The position numbers and the translations under genes were made by a program. Shown piece by piece: positions 51,800 to 64,000 of a stretch of DNA of 64,000 nt. Below the pieces are notes generated by a model. The model was given only the letters and a program-made list of their open reading frames with translations, was not told the DNA's origin and did no database searches. This stretch comes from Raja brachyura. Taxonomy: Eukaryota. Positions within the stretch are counted from its first letter, which is position 1; the number at the start of each line of letters is the position of its first letter. The stretch is taken from NCBI GenBank assembly GCA_963514005.1, contig OY740802.1, forward strand, positions 2,604,001-2,668,000. The letters run 5' to 3'.

Positions 51800-52520
51800 C
51801 TGAATATATCAAATACATCAACAACAGATAATCCTATGACATTTTCGCCACCTCCAAAGGGATCCCACCACTGGCCACATCTTCCCATCTCCTCCCCTTT
51901 CAGCTTTCCGCAGAGACCGCTCCCTCCGTGACTCCCTGGTCAATTTGTCCCTTCCCAACCAAACTACTCCCTCCCCTGGTACTTTCCCTTGCAACCACAG
52001 GAAATACTACACTTGTCGCTTTACCTCCCCCCTTGACAACATCCAAAGACCCAAGCAGTTTTTCCAGGTGAGGCAGAGGTTCACCTGCACCTCCTCCAAC
52101 CTGATCTATTGCATCCACTGCTCTAGGTGTCAGCTGCTCTACATCAAGCGTAGGCCTGGTGTTCACTTTGCCCAACATCTCCGCTTGGTTCGCACTAACC
52201 AACCTGATCTCCCGGTGGCCCAGCACTTCAGAGTGGGTCCCACTGCAAATTGGAGGAGCAGCACCTCATATTTTGCTTAGGCAGTTTACACCCCAGCGGT
52301 ATGAACAATTTCAGGTAGTCCTTGCTTTCTCCCTACTTCCCCTCCCCTTCCCAGCTCTCCCAAAGCCTACTGCCTCTGCCTCTTCCTTTCTTCTTCCCGC
52401 CCCCCCCCCCCCCACCTACACATCAGTCTGAAGACGGGTCTCAACCCGAAACGTCACCTATTCCTTCGCTCCATAGATGCTGCCTCACGCGCTGAGGTTC
52501 TCCAGCATTTTTGTCTACCT
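51800..52520 (+). mobile_element. Penelope-like element 3' fragment: GIY-YIG endonuclease relic plus pseudo-LTR with hammerhead motif
   Basis: PGTFPCNHRKYYTC...QRFTCTSSNLIYCIHCSRCQLLYI..KRR...FAQHLR, then a pyrimidine-rich UTR and CTGAAGACGGGTCTCAACCCGAAACGTC, which continues as the abundant short repeat. Confidence 0.88.
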
Positions 52521-54604
52521 CTGAATTCATCAATTTGTGGCACAAATGTCTGCAAGCGGATCAAAGTGTAATGTGCTGTGGAGCCAGTTATCATTAGAAA
52601 TTACAAGCCTTTGGTTGTGACCAACTCCCCCAACACTTGGGATCCAAAAGGACAACAGTCGAGAAATTGTTATGTAATGCTGCTGTTATTATTAATGCTA
52701 CATGCATGATTTCTCAAAAACTGTATTTAAATAAAGCTGGGAATCTACCATGTGCATCTTGAAGCATGCAGATTTATTTTGAGGTCCTCGAAAAGACCAA
52801 TGCCTGAAGATGCACAATGTGGCGGATATGGTGTTTGGGGGCCCTGAGAAGAGCATCATGTTGTAACTGGGAATCAATTTTGGCTAGTTCTTAAAAATGT
52901 AATCTTCAATAAGACTTATCCGAGTAGATATCCAATAATGGGTTTGACAGCCTAGGATTAAGTACAGTACATCTGATCTGTTTGGATAGCATGCAAAACA
53001 AAGCTTTTTCAGTGTACCTCTGTACATGTGACAATAATAAAGCTGAACCTAGATCTGCTCAGGCCTTTATAAGTTATACAAAAGTTGGCCACTAACACTA
53101 TGAGGTCCTGCATCTACATGAAGAACCCTTACCATCTTCAGACCATGCTTTTCATAAGGTCACAAGTAATAGGAGAAGAATTAGGCCATTCAGCCCATCA
53201 AGTCTACTCCGCCATTCAATCATGGCTAATCTATCTCTCCCTCCTAACCCCATTCTCCTGCCTTCTCCCCATAACCCCTGACACCCATACAGTTGACAAT
53301 CATGTAACAGTTGTCCACACACTGTGTGCAAGTATGAGATGTATGAGAGACAGGATATGGAAAGATATTTTCAGGCTTTTAGATCAATGTGGTAAGTTCC
53401 CGATTGTACTTTGCTCTATTTTCATGGATATTCAATGTAGAACATAGAACATAGAACATAGAAATTAGGTGCAGGAGAGCCTGCACCGCCATTCAATATG
53501 ATCATGGCTGATCATCCAACTCAGTATCCCGTACCTGCCTTCTCTCCATACCCTCTGATCCCCTTAGCCACAAGGGCGACATCTAACTCGTAATGTATGT
53601 TACAAGACAAAAATTCTAGACAGTTGACTATGTAGATTTAAAAAAATTGGTGAGGTTTGCCTAACAGTGATGAAACTTGAAGTTGCACAGAGAAATTTGT
53701 GCAGTTTATAGGAGAGATATTTTTGCAGCGTGGTGTGCCCAGAACCAGTGTAAGTGACAAAAACATTCTTCCATCAATTAAACTGAAAACCCCTTATTCC
53801 AGCTGAAACTAAAATAAACCAGGAAGTATAAATTCATCATGAATTATGTACAGAGAAGAAAATGAAAGGAAAGAGAACATTTTAAGAACAAGAGAAATGG
53901 GATAAAAAAGTAATGAATAAATCGTAAAAAAACGATGCCAAACTTGAGCGTGAAATTTCCGGTTCAAATTTCTTTGCTTACAAAGATATTATGCCATCAA
54001 AGTGTCACATACAACTGATTGGATTAGTTTTTGAAATATGTTTGATCATATCTTAACTTTTACATCGTGCATGTGACTCTATATATTAGGAATTGTTACA
54101 TTGGAGCTGTTGAAAAATCAGGGCCATTGTCTTACTATCTATTTACATAATTATCACATATGCAGATGCTGGTTTAATAGACACAAAGTGCTGGAGGTAC
54201 TCAGCAGGTCAGGCAGCATCTCTGGAGAACCCAGGTGATGTTTCAGGTCGGGACCATTCTTCATGCTTCAGATCCCGGCCCAAAACATCACCCATCCAAG
54301 TAAGAAATAGGATTGGCCGTCTACTGTATTCCAGGTGGGATTGGTGAATGTATGTGGCCCATAGACTGCCATTTGTACACTTGGGGCTCTGGCATTATGT
54401 CAAGACTTGTGTATTTACATTCATTTGACATTTGTCAAAGCCTGTTGTATGCTCATTGGCTTGTGCAATGGATCCTGACATTTTCAGGACAGGAGGAGAT
54501 ACAACAGCTGCAATACCCTTAATTTTTCTGTGGATAGTATTCATTTTAATATCAGCAAAAAAGATATACATTAATTGTTTACAAAAGCACTTTCCCTTGT
54601 GTTG

Positions 54605-54907
54605 TTTAAGAAAGAACTGCAGATGCAGTTTGTGTGTTATTGCATTAAAGGGTCTGTAACGCTGCAGGAAGTAAGTATTTAATTGTTCCGTTGCCGGGAC
54701 ACATGATAATGAAACACTCTTAACACTTGACAAGGTAAGTTAGTAGTCGAAATGTTTAAGAAGGAACTGCAGATGCTGGAAAAATCAAAGGTTGACAAAA
54801 ATGCTGGAGAAACTCAGTGGGTGAGACAGCGTCTATGGAGCAAAGGAATTCCTTCACTCTGTGGATGCTGCCTCACCCGCTGAGTTTCTCCAGCATTTTT
54901 GTCTACC
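54605..54907. mobile_element. Composite Penelope-type insertion with captured intronic sequence
   Basis: 13-bp TSD TTCCCTTGTGTTG at 54592-54604 and 54908-54920; interior 54629-54755 is the reverse complement of about 25835-25963. Confidence 0.9.
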
Positions 54908-56174
54908 TTCCCTTGTGTTGGGAACTCACACACCCATCATTATGCAACCAGGATATAATTGTGAATACTTCATATTTTCTAATGACATAGAAGGATGTCA
55001 TTTAGAAACATAGAAAACATAGAAAAATAGGTGCAGGAGTAGGCCATTCGGCCCTTCGAGCCTGCACCGCCATTCAATATGATCATGGCTGATCATCCAA
55101 CTCAGTATCCCGTACCTGCCTTCTCTCCATACCCCCTGATCCGTTTAGCCACAAGAGCCACATCCAACTCCCTCTTGAATATAGCCAATGAACTGGCCTC
55201 AACGACCTTCTGTGGCAATCAAGTGTATCCCAGTGCTAAGTATTCCCATCGTTACCAATCTCTTTCACTCACTCAACACCTAGTTTTATTTAGTGACACA
55301 GCATGGAAACAAGCCCTTCAGTCCACTGAGTCCATGCTGACCATCGCTCATCCGTTTACACTAGTTCTATGTTATCTCACGTTCTCATCCATTCCCCACA
55401 TACTAGGGGCAATTTACAGAGGCCAATGAACTATAAACCCATCCGTCTTGGGGATATGGGAGGAAACAGGTGCTCCCAGAATAAAACACACAGGGAGAAA
55501 GTCCACAAAGACCGCACCCAAGGTCAGGATAAACCCATCTCTGGAGCTGTGAGGCAGCAGCTCTATGAGCTGCACCACTGTGCTGTGAACTGATCATACT
55601 GCCACCCACTTAAAATGGGGAAAATCTACAGTGATGTATTTTAGAATGTGGGAAGAAACAGGAGCAGTGGAAGAATCTCATGCACTGACAGGGAAAAAGT
55701 GCAAATTCCACACATTGTCCCTGGTGCCAAATTGAAATTCTCTGTAGCAGCGGCCTGAACTGATGTACCACCCGTCTCCAAGTTATCCAGAAAGATGTTG
55801 GGAGAATCTGAATGATATCAACATTGTTGAGGTGCTTGGCCATTCATAGGTCACACTGAGGTGCTTGATCATTTATTATTCCAGATACAGTGCATGTAGA
55901 TCAAGTTTAACATTAAAAAATGGGGAACCGACGAAATTCCGATGCTGGTTTATGAAAAAAGATACAAAGTGATGGAGTAACTAAGCGGGGCAGGCAGCAT
56001 CTCTGAAGCCGCATGGATAGGTGATGTATTGGGTTGGGATACTTCTTCAGACTGATATTTACTTTTTACCCGAAATGTCACCTATCCATGTTCTCCAGAG
56101 ATGCTGAGTTACTCCATCACTTTATTTTTTGGGGGGGTAAACCAGTATCTGCAGTACCTTCTGTCTGTTTTTTA

Positions 56175-56810
56175 AAAATTATTATTATTTTTTTAATTAT
56201 TATTTTTTTTTAATTTATTTATTAGAAGTAAGTACATTACATTTTAATGGTACCTTTTTACAGGTTCCCAGTATTATTAAAACATTCTTTGTACAACTTC
56301 CTTTTTTATTTAGAAAGAAATGAGAAAGAAAGAAGTATTGAAGAGTGAAGAATAGTCTAGTGAGTGTAGTGTAAAGAGATAAGTGAGAAAGTGAAACAGA
56401 AAGGAGATTCTCACACGCCACAGGTCGATATATATATATATATTTTTGTTCTTAATCATTTTGTCACTCAAACCCAGAATTTTTAATTTTACGATGTTAT
56501 TACACCCCATGAATCCACAAGATCAATAAATGGAGGCCAACTTATTAAGAATTGGTCTTTTTTTTCTATTAGGAGAAGTCTCATTTCTTCCAAATGGGCC
56601 GTTTCCAACATATTACCAATCCACATTTTGAGTGTTGGTATAGTAGCCTTTTACCAGAATTTGAGTATGAGTTTTTTTTCTCGCTATTATTAAACCATAA
56701 TTAATAAATGAGATTTGGGATATATTTAATTTGTTTCCATCTCCTAATACTCCAAAGATAATAATTTCTGTCTGTTTTTAAATGTAAAATTAATCTTGAT
56801 TATCTAATCA
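56175..56810 (-). mobile_element. L1-like LINE 3' end
   Basis: Minus-strand coding relic (ILKFW..ATIPTLKMW..NMLETAHLE), 3' UTR, AATAAA and A-rich tail. Confidence 0.6.
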
Positions 56811-57069
56811 TTAAAGCATTGGTGTGTCCCTGCTTTCAAGAAGTGGGGTCCCAAATGTGATCTGTGACTTAGTCAGTGAACCACATTTTGGAATGGGAAT
56901 TGAATATTGATTGGTCACATTATGGCCTGACTCGGCAACTCGAACACCCAGGAACGAAGGAGTCTGCAGAGGGTGATAGATACTGACCTCCCCACCTTCA
57001 ATGGGATTTATGGTAGGCAATGCCTCAAAAAAGCAGCCAATATCACCAAAGAATCACACTTTATTTTAG

Positions 57070-57347
57070 AGAAACAGGCCCTTTGGCCCACTGAGTCCAT
57101 GCCGACCAGCTATCACCTCGTAGACTAGCACTATCCTCCTACACACAAGGGATAATTTACAGAAGTCAATTAACCTACAAACTTGCACATCTTTGGAGTG
57201 TGGGAGGAAACCGGAGCACCAGGAGAAAACCCACACGGTCACAGGGAGAACGTGCAAACTCCGTACAGACAGCACTCACCCTCAGGATCGAACGTGGGTC
57301 TCTAGTGCTGTAAGGCAGCAACTCTACCAGCTGCGCCACCGTGCCAC
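57070..57347 (-). mobile_element. tRNA-derived HE1/V-SINE-like SINE; other copies at about 43433-43725 (-), 55289-55586 (-), 55620-55770 (-), 44605-44760 (+), 49060-49130 (+)
   Basis: Minus strand: A box TGGCGCAGCTGG, B box GTTCGATCC, core GGAGTTTGCACGTTCTCCC...TTCCTCCCACA, CR1-derived 3' end GGGCCAAAGGGCCTGTTTC. Confidence 0.88.
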
Positions 57348-57656
57348 CCATTCATCCTGACGCTCTCATCCCGCTCCCATTAGTGGGAAGAAGGCACAGG
57401 TGCATGAAACCGTGAACACCAGGATCAAGAACAAATTCTTCCCAGGAACCAAATGGATCTTGAACACTATACAACACCAACCTGAGCAACTATGAACTTC
57501 CATGGACTGGCTTTGGTTGCACTGCACTTGGTTTTTTTTCCCCACTAGTATTGTGGTTATTAATTTATATCACCTATGTGTATTGTAAGAAATAAGAATG
57601 CCATTGTTAGGTTATTGGTACATATGACAATTAACTCTTAGATCCAAATCTACTGG

Positions 57657-58095
57657 CAGAGAGGGAGGGAGAGAATGAGAAGTTAGGAGGGTGAGAAGGA
57701 GAGGTTGGGATGGAGGGAGGGGAGGAAAGGAAGGGGGAAAGAGGGGGGGAAGGGAAATGATGAGAGAGGGAGAGAGATGGAAGGCAAGAGATGGATGGCA
57801 GGAGAGGGAAAAAGAGGGAGGGGGGAGAGGGGGGGAGAGGGGGAGAGGGGGAGGAGGAGGGGGGGGAGAGAGAAGAGAGAGAGAAGGGGAGAGGAGGGAG
57901 GGGAAAGGGGGAGAGGAGAGCGAGAGAGAGAGGGGGAGAGGGTGGATGAAGAAAAGGGGGTAGAGAAAGAGGGGAGAGAACGAGCGAGATAAGAGGTTGG
58001 GAAGGAGGGGAGGGGGAGAGAGGGATGGCAAGGGAGAGCAGGATGGACGGAGAGAGTGGGGGGAGGGCTGGAAGGGGGGGGAGGAGGGCAGAGGG
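57657..58095. repeat. Polypurine (GA-rich) low-complexity tract
   Basis: About 430 nt almost entirely G/A on the + strand, directly upstream of the intronic CpG island. Confidence 0.95.
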
Positions 58096-58099
58096 CACA

Positions 58100-58560
58100 G
58101 GGCACAGGGCACAGCCCCCGCCGGGGTCCCGGTTACCTGAGGCCTCCCCCCTGTGGCGGCGCCTCGGGCCCGTTGCTAGGCAGCGGCGCTGTCCGCTCCC
58201 GCCTACGGTGGCCGCCGGCGGCCAAAGGAGCGGCCCGGCCCGGCCCGGCCCGCCTGACGTCAGCGCCCCCTGCTCCATCCCCATCTGTCAGCTGCCGCTG
58301 CGCGCCCGCCCGCCCGCACCGCCCGCCAGTCCGCCGGCCCGCTGTGTCTCGCCGGCTTCCCCTTCACCACCCTCCATCCTCTCCCTCAGCTCGGAGCACC
58401 CAACCCACACCCGGCACGGAGGCGCCAGACTCCCCGCCAGAGGAGAGCCGGTGGCGGCGGCGGCGGCGGTGCTGCTTTGGGTGAGTGAGTGCGGGCTGTC
58501 GTGTGAGGGGAGTGAGAGGGAGCAGCGTTGGGTCTGAGGGAGGGGGAGGCAGGGCCAGGG
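58100..58560 (+). promoter_or_regulatory. Intron-4 CpG island: alternative promoter and non-coding first exon
   Basis: CpG-dense island in AT-rich surroundings, full CRE TGACGTCA 58255-58262, (CCCGG)n, (GGC)n tract, consensus donor TGG|GTGAGT at 58481, no ATG in the putative exon. Confidence 0.7.
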
Positions 58561-61500
58561 GGAGCCCTGGACTAGACTTGGCTTCCAAATGCAATGACCT
58601 GATCCATTTTGTCTAGGAAGCTTACTTATTAAATGTCTGCAGCGTAGCTGACGGAGAAGTCTAATCTCAGCAAAACAAAACCTCATTTCTTTTCAGGAAT
58701 TGATCGCATGTGGGCTTGTGTTTTTATTTTAAAGTATCCAATGTTTTCATTTCCAGCTTTTTTTAAAAATTAAAGACATAACAGTGGTTATGTCTTTGAT
58801 ACGAATTTTCTTTTATTTCCATATGTCAGTTAAAATCCTTCGTAGTTTGATTTAATAAAATACACGAGCGGTACATATTCGTTTTATCTTCATTCTCTTC
58901 CCTCTCGTCCGTTGTATTTAGAGTGAAGTCAGTGCGCCTATTTAATCGTCTTTACATTTCATTATTGTCAAGGGTCGCGATTGCATTTTACATGTTATCC
59001 CCGAATATATCCTTAAAAAGTTAGTTTCCATTAGTAATTCCACCACGTTTACAGAAAAGGAAAAGGTACAAATCGATGAAACTGCTGCAGCCTCATCAAT
59101 CCATCATTAAATATTCTTTTTGTAAATTGATTTTTCTCTACTAGGGTTTCCAAATTGAGCCTCTCCCAAGATGTTGTTAAATATATTGTCTGTGTGATAC
59201 TGTGCAATATAATGTACACAACTTTTTTCAGTGAGTAAGCAGAAAGTAGGGTACAGTATTTCATACTTGAAACACTATATTTTATGGTCTGTTATAAGAA
59301 TGCAGAATTGACATTTTTTGGATGTTTCTGACAGATTTAATAATTCATTGTAAATGGGTTTTGTTTTCGATAGATTAGTTCAGTGTCAGCTAAAAATGTG
59401 TATAAAAAGCAAATAAGAATAGCAGTTCATATTTACACAATACATTCGCAATTGGATGTATTGGAATACATCCTCATATATTGGAATAGTTTCAGTGAAA
59501 ACTGCATCTTTGAAACTTTTGAGACTTTTCAAGTTTGCTTTCATGTATGCAAGATATTGTGAGCTACATAGGCTATAAACAGCAAATAGTGAGTATTTGA
59601 AAATACTTTGGATTTGTGGTTTGTCGGTTGTCTTTTGAGATTCCTGGCCAGGTAATTAAAACTACTTGTAAATAATGGAAACTCTTGCTTTTTCCAAGGA
59701 AAGAAACATAGATAGCCTAGTTTCTCATACGAATATGTTATGAAAAGAAAAAAAAGAAAGCATCTCTTTTTATCATGAGTTCTCTGTTAGTTATTAATCC
59801 AAAGCCTGATAATAATTGTGGCATCTCTTTATTGTTTTATAATTTAGCTAAAGACCTCAATCTCTTTTGTATTAAATCATCATTTTATTGAATGTCTCAA
59901 CAAGGGAAGTCTAGTTTAATTTATGATTAAACCAATGTGAAAGGTCAAGACCATTAATGCAAGCCATAACCAGATTGAAGCCGAAAAGGAAAGACATTAT
60001 TACTTGATGTTGCTCACTCTTTGTGTAAATTAAAGTTTGTGTTTGTAAACGAGATTACACATGGAAGTGAAAGGAGGATGTGTAGGTTACTGAAAAGGTG
60101 ATTTTTTTGGTGCTTTTTTAAAATTCAATTTTTAAGACTTATTCAATGAATGAAGTTCACAATTGATGTACTTCACCAATGTGGACTTGTCATCACCTAT
60201 TTGTCATTAATCAGTCAGCATCTGTTTTTCATACTAACTGAATTAAGTTTCATTTTTGTCCATATATTTAATAGGGGAATATATATTTTAATCAGTTATC
60301 TACTTGATCATTAAAAAATTCTTAGTTTATGCATACATCTTGCATACCACTGTCAATGTGGGTCTATGTTGTATGCCTGCATCATCTGTAGCAGGGATAT
60401 TCGCTCAACAGTTGGACTTGCAGTGGGCAAAGTAAACAATTGCTTCTAAAATGAACCATTTTCCTAATGAGACAGCATAAAGGAAGTTTAACTGGAGTTA
60501 TCAGAAAATAAAAGGCAACACAAGCAACTGCAGGTGTTGAGATTTTGAGCAAAGGACAAAAGGAACAGCAGTTCAGGCAACATCTGTAAAGTCACAGAGA
60601 GCATCTTTTTGGTCATGACCCTTTAGAATGAGGGTGTAAGGGGGAGAAAGCTGGAAACGAGAGGTGGGGAGACAAAGGCTGGTAAGTGATAGGTAGATAC
60701 AGGTGAAGGGGGAACTGATTAACAGATCGATAGAGTGACGGGTTGGAGGTGAAAAGGAGACAACAGATGTCAAATAAGGAGCGTAGAGGTGAAAAGTAAA
60801 CCTAGATATGTGTGGATGGGGACAATGGGGAGAGAAAGGGGTGGGTGGGGTGTAGAAAAAAAAATGAGGGACAAAATGCTGCTCGTGCAGCATCTCTTTC
60901 ATACCCGAAACGTCACCTATCCACGTTCTCTAGAGATGTTGCCTGACATGCTGCGTTACCCCAGCAATTTGTGTCCTTTTGTATATTAAGCAGCATCTGT
61001 TGTTCCTTGTTTCCATAAGGAAATGAGGGATTTGGGGATGGGAGATGAGAAAAGAAAAGGCACTGTATTCTCATAATCACTTGTTATGTCAAATGCAAGA
61101 GTTAATGCATGGAGCAAAAATGGTGTTGGTGTAATGGGGAGTGTCAGCTAGGGCAATGGACGGCAGCAGGCTTTCCTTTAGGAATATCATAGGATTTACC
61201 ATGTCCACCTGAATGGACTTGGGCATTAGGTCAATTCCTTCAATAAAAAAACGTCCTGTAATAATCTCTTTGTACTGTGCTGAAACTCAGCATCGCTTGG
61301 TTGTCTTTAAATTCCACAATGAACCTTCAACCTGCAACTTTACCATGACAAATGAAAACAATTGAAATTTAGTTTTGATTATTGCTGCATAAATTATGAA
61401 AATTCATTGCCCCGTAATGTGATTTACTTCAACCCCCAGTTTAATAGTCTCCAACAATAGTGTGGTTTTGTTTATAATTGTACGACTTACTGAAACAATA

Positions 61501-64000
61501 ACATATGATAGCATAAAATGTAGAATGTAGCTTTAATTCCTGCTTTGCACAGAATTCCTGCTCTTTGCCATACTGATTTTAAGAAAATATAGTGAAGCTA
61601 TATTTTGCTATAGAATGTGGGGAATTATCAAACATAGAGTCAGTCTAAAGGCATGTTCATGTACATCTCCAATAAGCTGGCTGGAGATTAGCACCGAGGA
61701 AGCTTGAAGCAGGCCATCTGCTTGTTCCTGTTACAGGAGGTGAAGGATATGAGAGATCAGAAGGTGGAGGGTTGGCGGGGCGAAGCAGTGAATATAAAAT
61801 AATTCAACAATTTTGGTTGCTGCCACACTGCACTCTGATTTGATTTCTCCACAAAAATTGACATGAAAATAGCTACAGCATGTCATTAAACTGCTCAATA
61901 ACTCAAAAATTGTAATGATTTCGAAAATATATGTAATGTTAAATGGGAGTAGTACACCAAGCTTTGGGCTGAATTGTAATGAAAGAGTTAAGTACTATGC
62001 TTTTGAACGGCATTCTGCCAAGCAAGCAGTGGAAGGGTGGTTTCCTTTGGCAATCTTGCAATAAAGAATGTGACTGTAAGCTGCAAATGGCTGGCAAGTT
62101 GTTAATGATTCCCAACAAATTGGGATGTGTGTATGTGAATGTGAGGAAAATGCTTCATTGCTCACAAATGTATTGAAGTTCGCAACTAATAGAACATAGA
62201 GCATAGAAAAGTGCAACATAGGAACAGATCCTTTAGCCCACAATATCCATGCTGAACATGCTGCCAAGATAACCTTTCTGCACAGAATCCATATCCCTCT
62301 ATTTTCTGAATGTCTATATGCAAATTAAAAGCCTCTTAAATGCCACTGTCGTGTCTGCCTCCACCACCACCCCTGGCAGCACATTCCAGCCACAAGTTCC
62401 AAATAACTTGCCCCACACATCTCCTTTAAACTTTGCTCCTCTCGCCTTAGCACCATACTGCCTAGTCTTTGACATTTCCATCCAGGGAAAATAGTTTTGA
62501 CAATTTGCCCTCTCTGTGCCGATCATAGTTTTGTATACCTCTATCAGGCTCCCCTTAACCACTGGCATTCTAGACAAAGCAATCCAAGTTTGTCCAACCT
62601 CTCCTTGCAGTTAATACCTCTTAATCCAGGCTCTTAAACCTCTTCTCGCCCTCTCCAAAGCTTCCCTATCCTGTATAAGGGTGACCAGAACTTAACACAA
62701 TACCATGTATTTTGTCAGAGAAATTCAGTAATATGTCGACATGTGAAGGTACATCAGTACAGTATATTTCCTGTATTGAAATATTCAATGATTGACTCGA
62801 CTGTATAAAGTTAAGAGTAACTTCAACAGACATAGTATGATGAGCTAATTGAATTTTAATTATTCACAAATTTTCTCCATTCCGTTGCATGTTCCAAAAT
62901 GGAAATTATTGGAGTTTTTGTTTTCAACAAGATAGTTCATATGCTGGATTCCATTGGAAGCAATATGGAATGTGATGACTTTGATGGTTGTGATAAATAT
63001 CTGAACTTTGCTGTCGACCTTTCCCTTGTGCAGCTTAGTGGGTGGCATCGAGCAGAGCAAAGGATATTTTCATTAAAAGAATGAGAAAAAAACCAAGATG
63101 TTGGGAATATGGGGAGTTGAATACCATTTTTTTTTTTTTGGTGGTTTATTTCCCAGATTTTTCTTCCATGCAAATTTTGACTTCGTACTAGCTTCATCTT
63201 GATGGGAAAGAAAAAAAAATCATAAAAATGGCATTCTGTGTTGTCCTGACACATCATCAAGAACTGTGCTTATTTAGGCGCAAGTCATCATATAACCCAC
63301 TTGTTATTTTCCTTGTTCTGTCTGATCCAGTTTGTGCCTTAGCACTAAAGGCTTTTAAGATTTGTTTTGTTATATCTTAATTTTTGGCTATTAAGATGGA
63401 CATCATGGTGAGAAAGTAGTTATTGCGCATATTTAAATAGTTTTAAATATTCTTTTTAGGGATATGGCTCAGAAAATCAAGTATAAAATTGTCATTCTTT
63501 ACCTTTCCTCGTATTTAAACATGAAAACATTGGAATCGTTTTGTCTTGTTAATTTATAAAGTTTTCTCAGCTCCTTTCAAGTTGTATCTATGTTTTGTGA
63601 AATAAATTCTTATATATTCAGATTGGGGTTATTGAGTATAGTGTTGAGCCTTTTTAACTGTCGATGCTGAATCTTGAGCAAAACACAAGGTACTGGTGGA
63701 ACTCAGCGGGTCTGACAGCATCTGTGGAGGGAATGGATAGGTGATGTTTCAGGTCAGGACCTTTCCTCAGACTTATATTTACTAAATACATCAATGATGT
63801 TATCACTGTACATTATACACTTTTGATGAATGACCTGATAAAAGTGTCAATTTTAAGAGCATCCTGGGAATGAAAGCAGAGGTACCATTACCCCTTAAAT
63901 TATTGTTTTAAAGAAAGATGTTCCTAAAAAAAATGGTGGCTAGCTAAAAGAGTGCCTATGTGTATGAAAGGAGTGGAGCATTCAGGAAACTATAGACTAT

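Noticed and set aside
57270-57347. tRNA-like A and B boxes
   Set aside because: SINE head continuing into core and LINE-derived tail; no full cloverleaf.
57612-58686. Cluster of Pro/Ser/Gly/Glu-rich ORFs
   Set aside because: Translations of the polypurine tract and CpG island; no recognisable domain.
62899-63084. Acidic ORF (MECDDFDGCD) considered as NOL4L exon 5
   Set aside because: No convincing similarity to the expected next exon and no clear splice sites in phase.

Overview
Repeat-rich vertebrate genomic DNA. The repeat complement (HE1/V-SINE-like SINEs, CR1/HER1-like LINEs, Deu-domain SINE relics) suggests a cartilaginous fish such as a skate or ray; this is inference. The window holds the 5' part of one + strand gene, a NOL4-family member most like NOL4L. 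Four in-phase coding exons (7046-7315, 42937-43092, 49704-49815, 49923-50032) give 216 codons including an HHCC integrase-like Zn motif. There is a CpG-island promoter with a GC minisatellite at about 5.6-6.4 kb and a second CpG-island promoter in intron 4 at about 58.1-58.5 kb. The rest is mostly transposon-derived: CR1, RTE, Rex1/Babar, L1/Tx1 and L2 fragments, two IR/DR Tc1 (DD34E) relics, a Harbinger-type MITE family, a hAT MITE, a non-autonomous Helitron, and dozens of short, often palindromic Penelope-derived elements carrying a hammerhead-ribozyme motif. The most striking observations are: (i) two Penelope-type insertions each contain an inverted copy of another copy's junction plus unique flank from 12 kb and 29 kb upstream in the same gene, suggesting capture of the host pre-mRNA; (ii) a young near-identical subfamily has a complete hammerhead fold. 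Almost all ORFs in the supplied track are spurious or TE relics. Repeat boundaries are read by eye and approximate unless a TSD or TIR is quoted.
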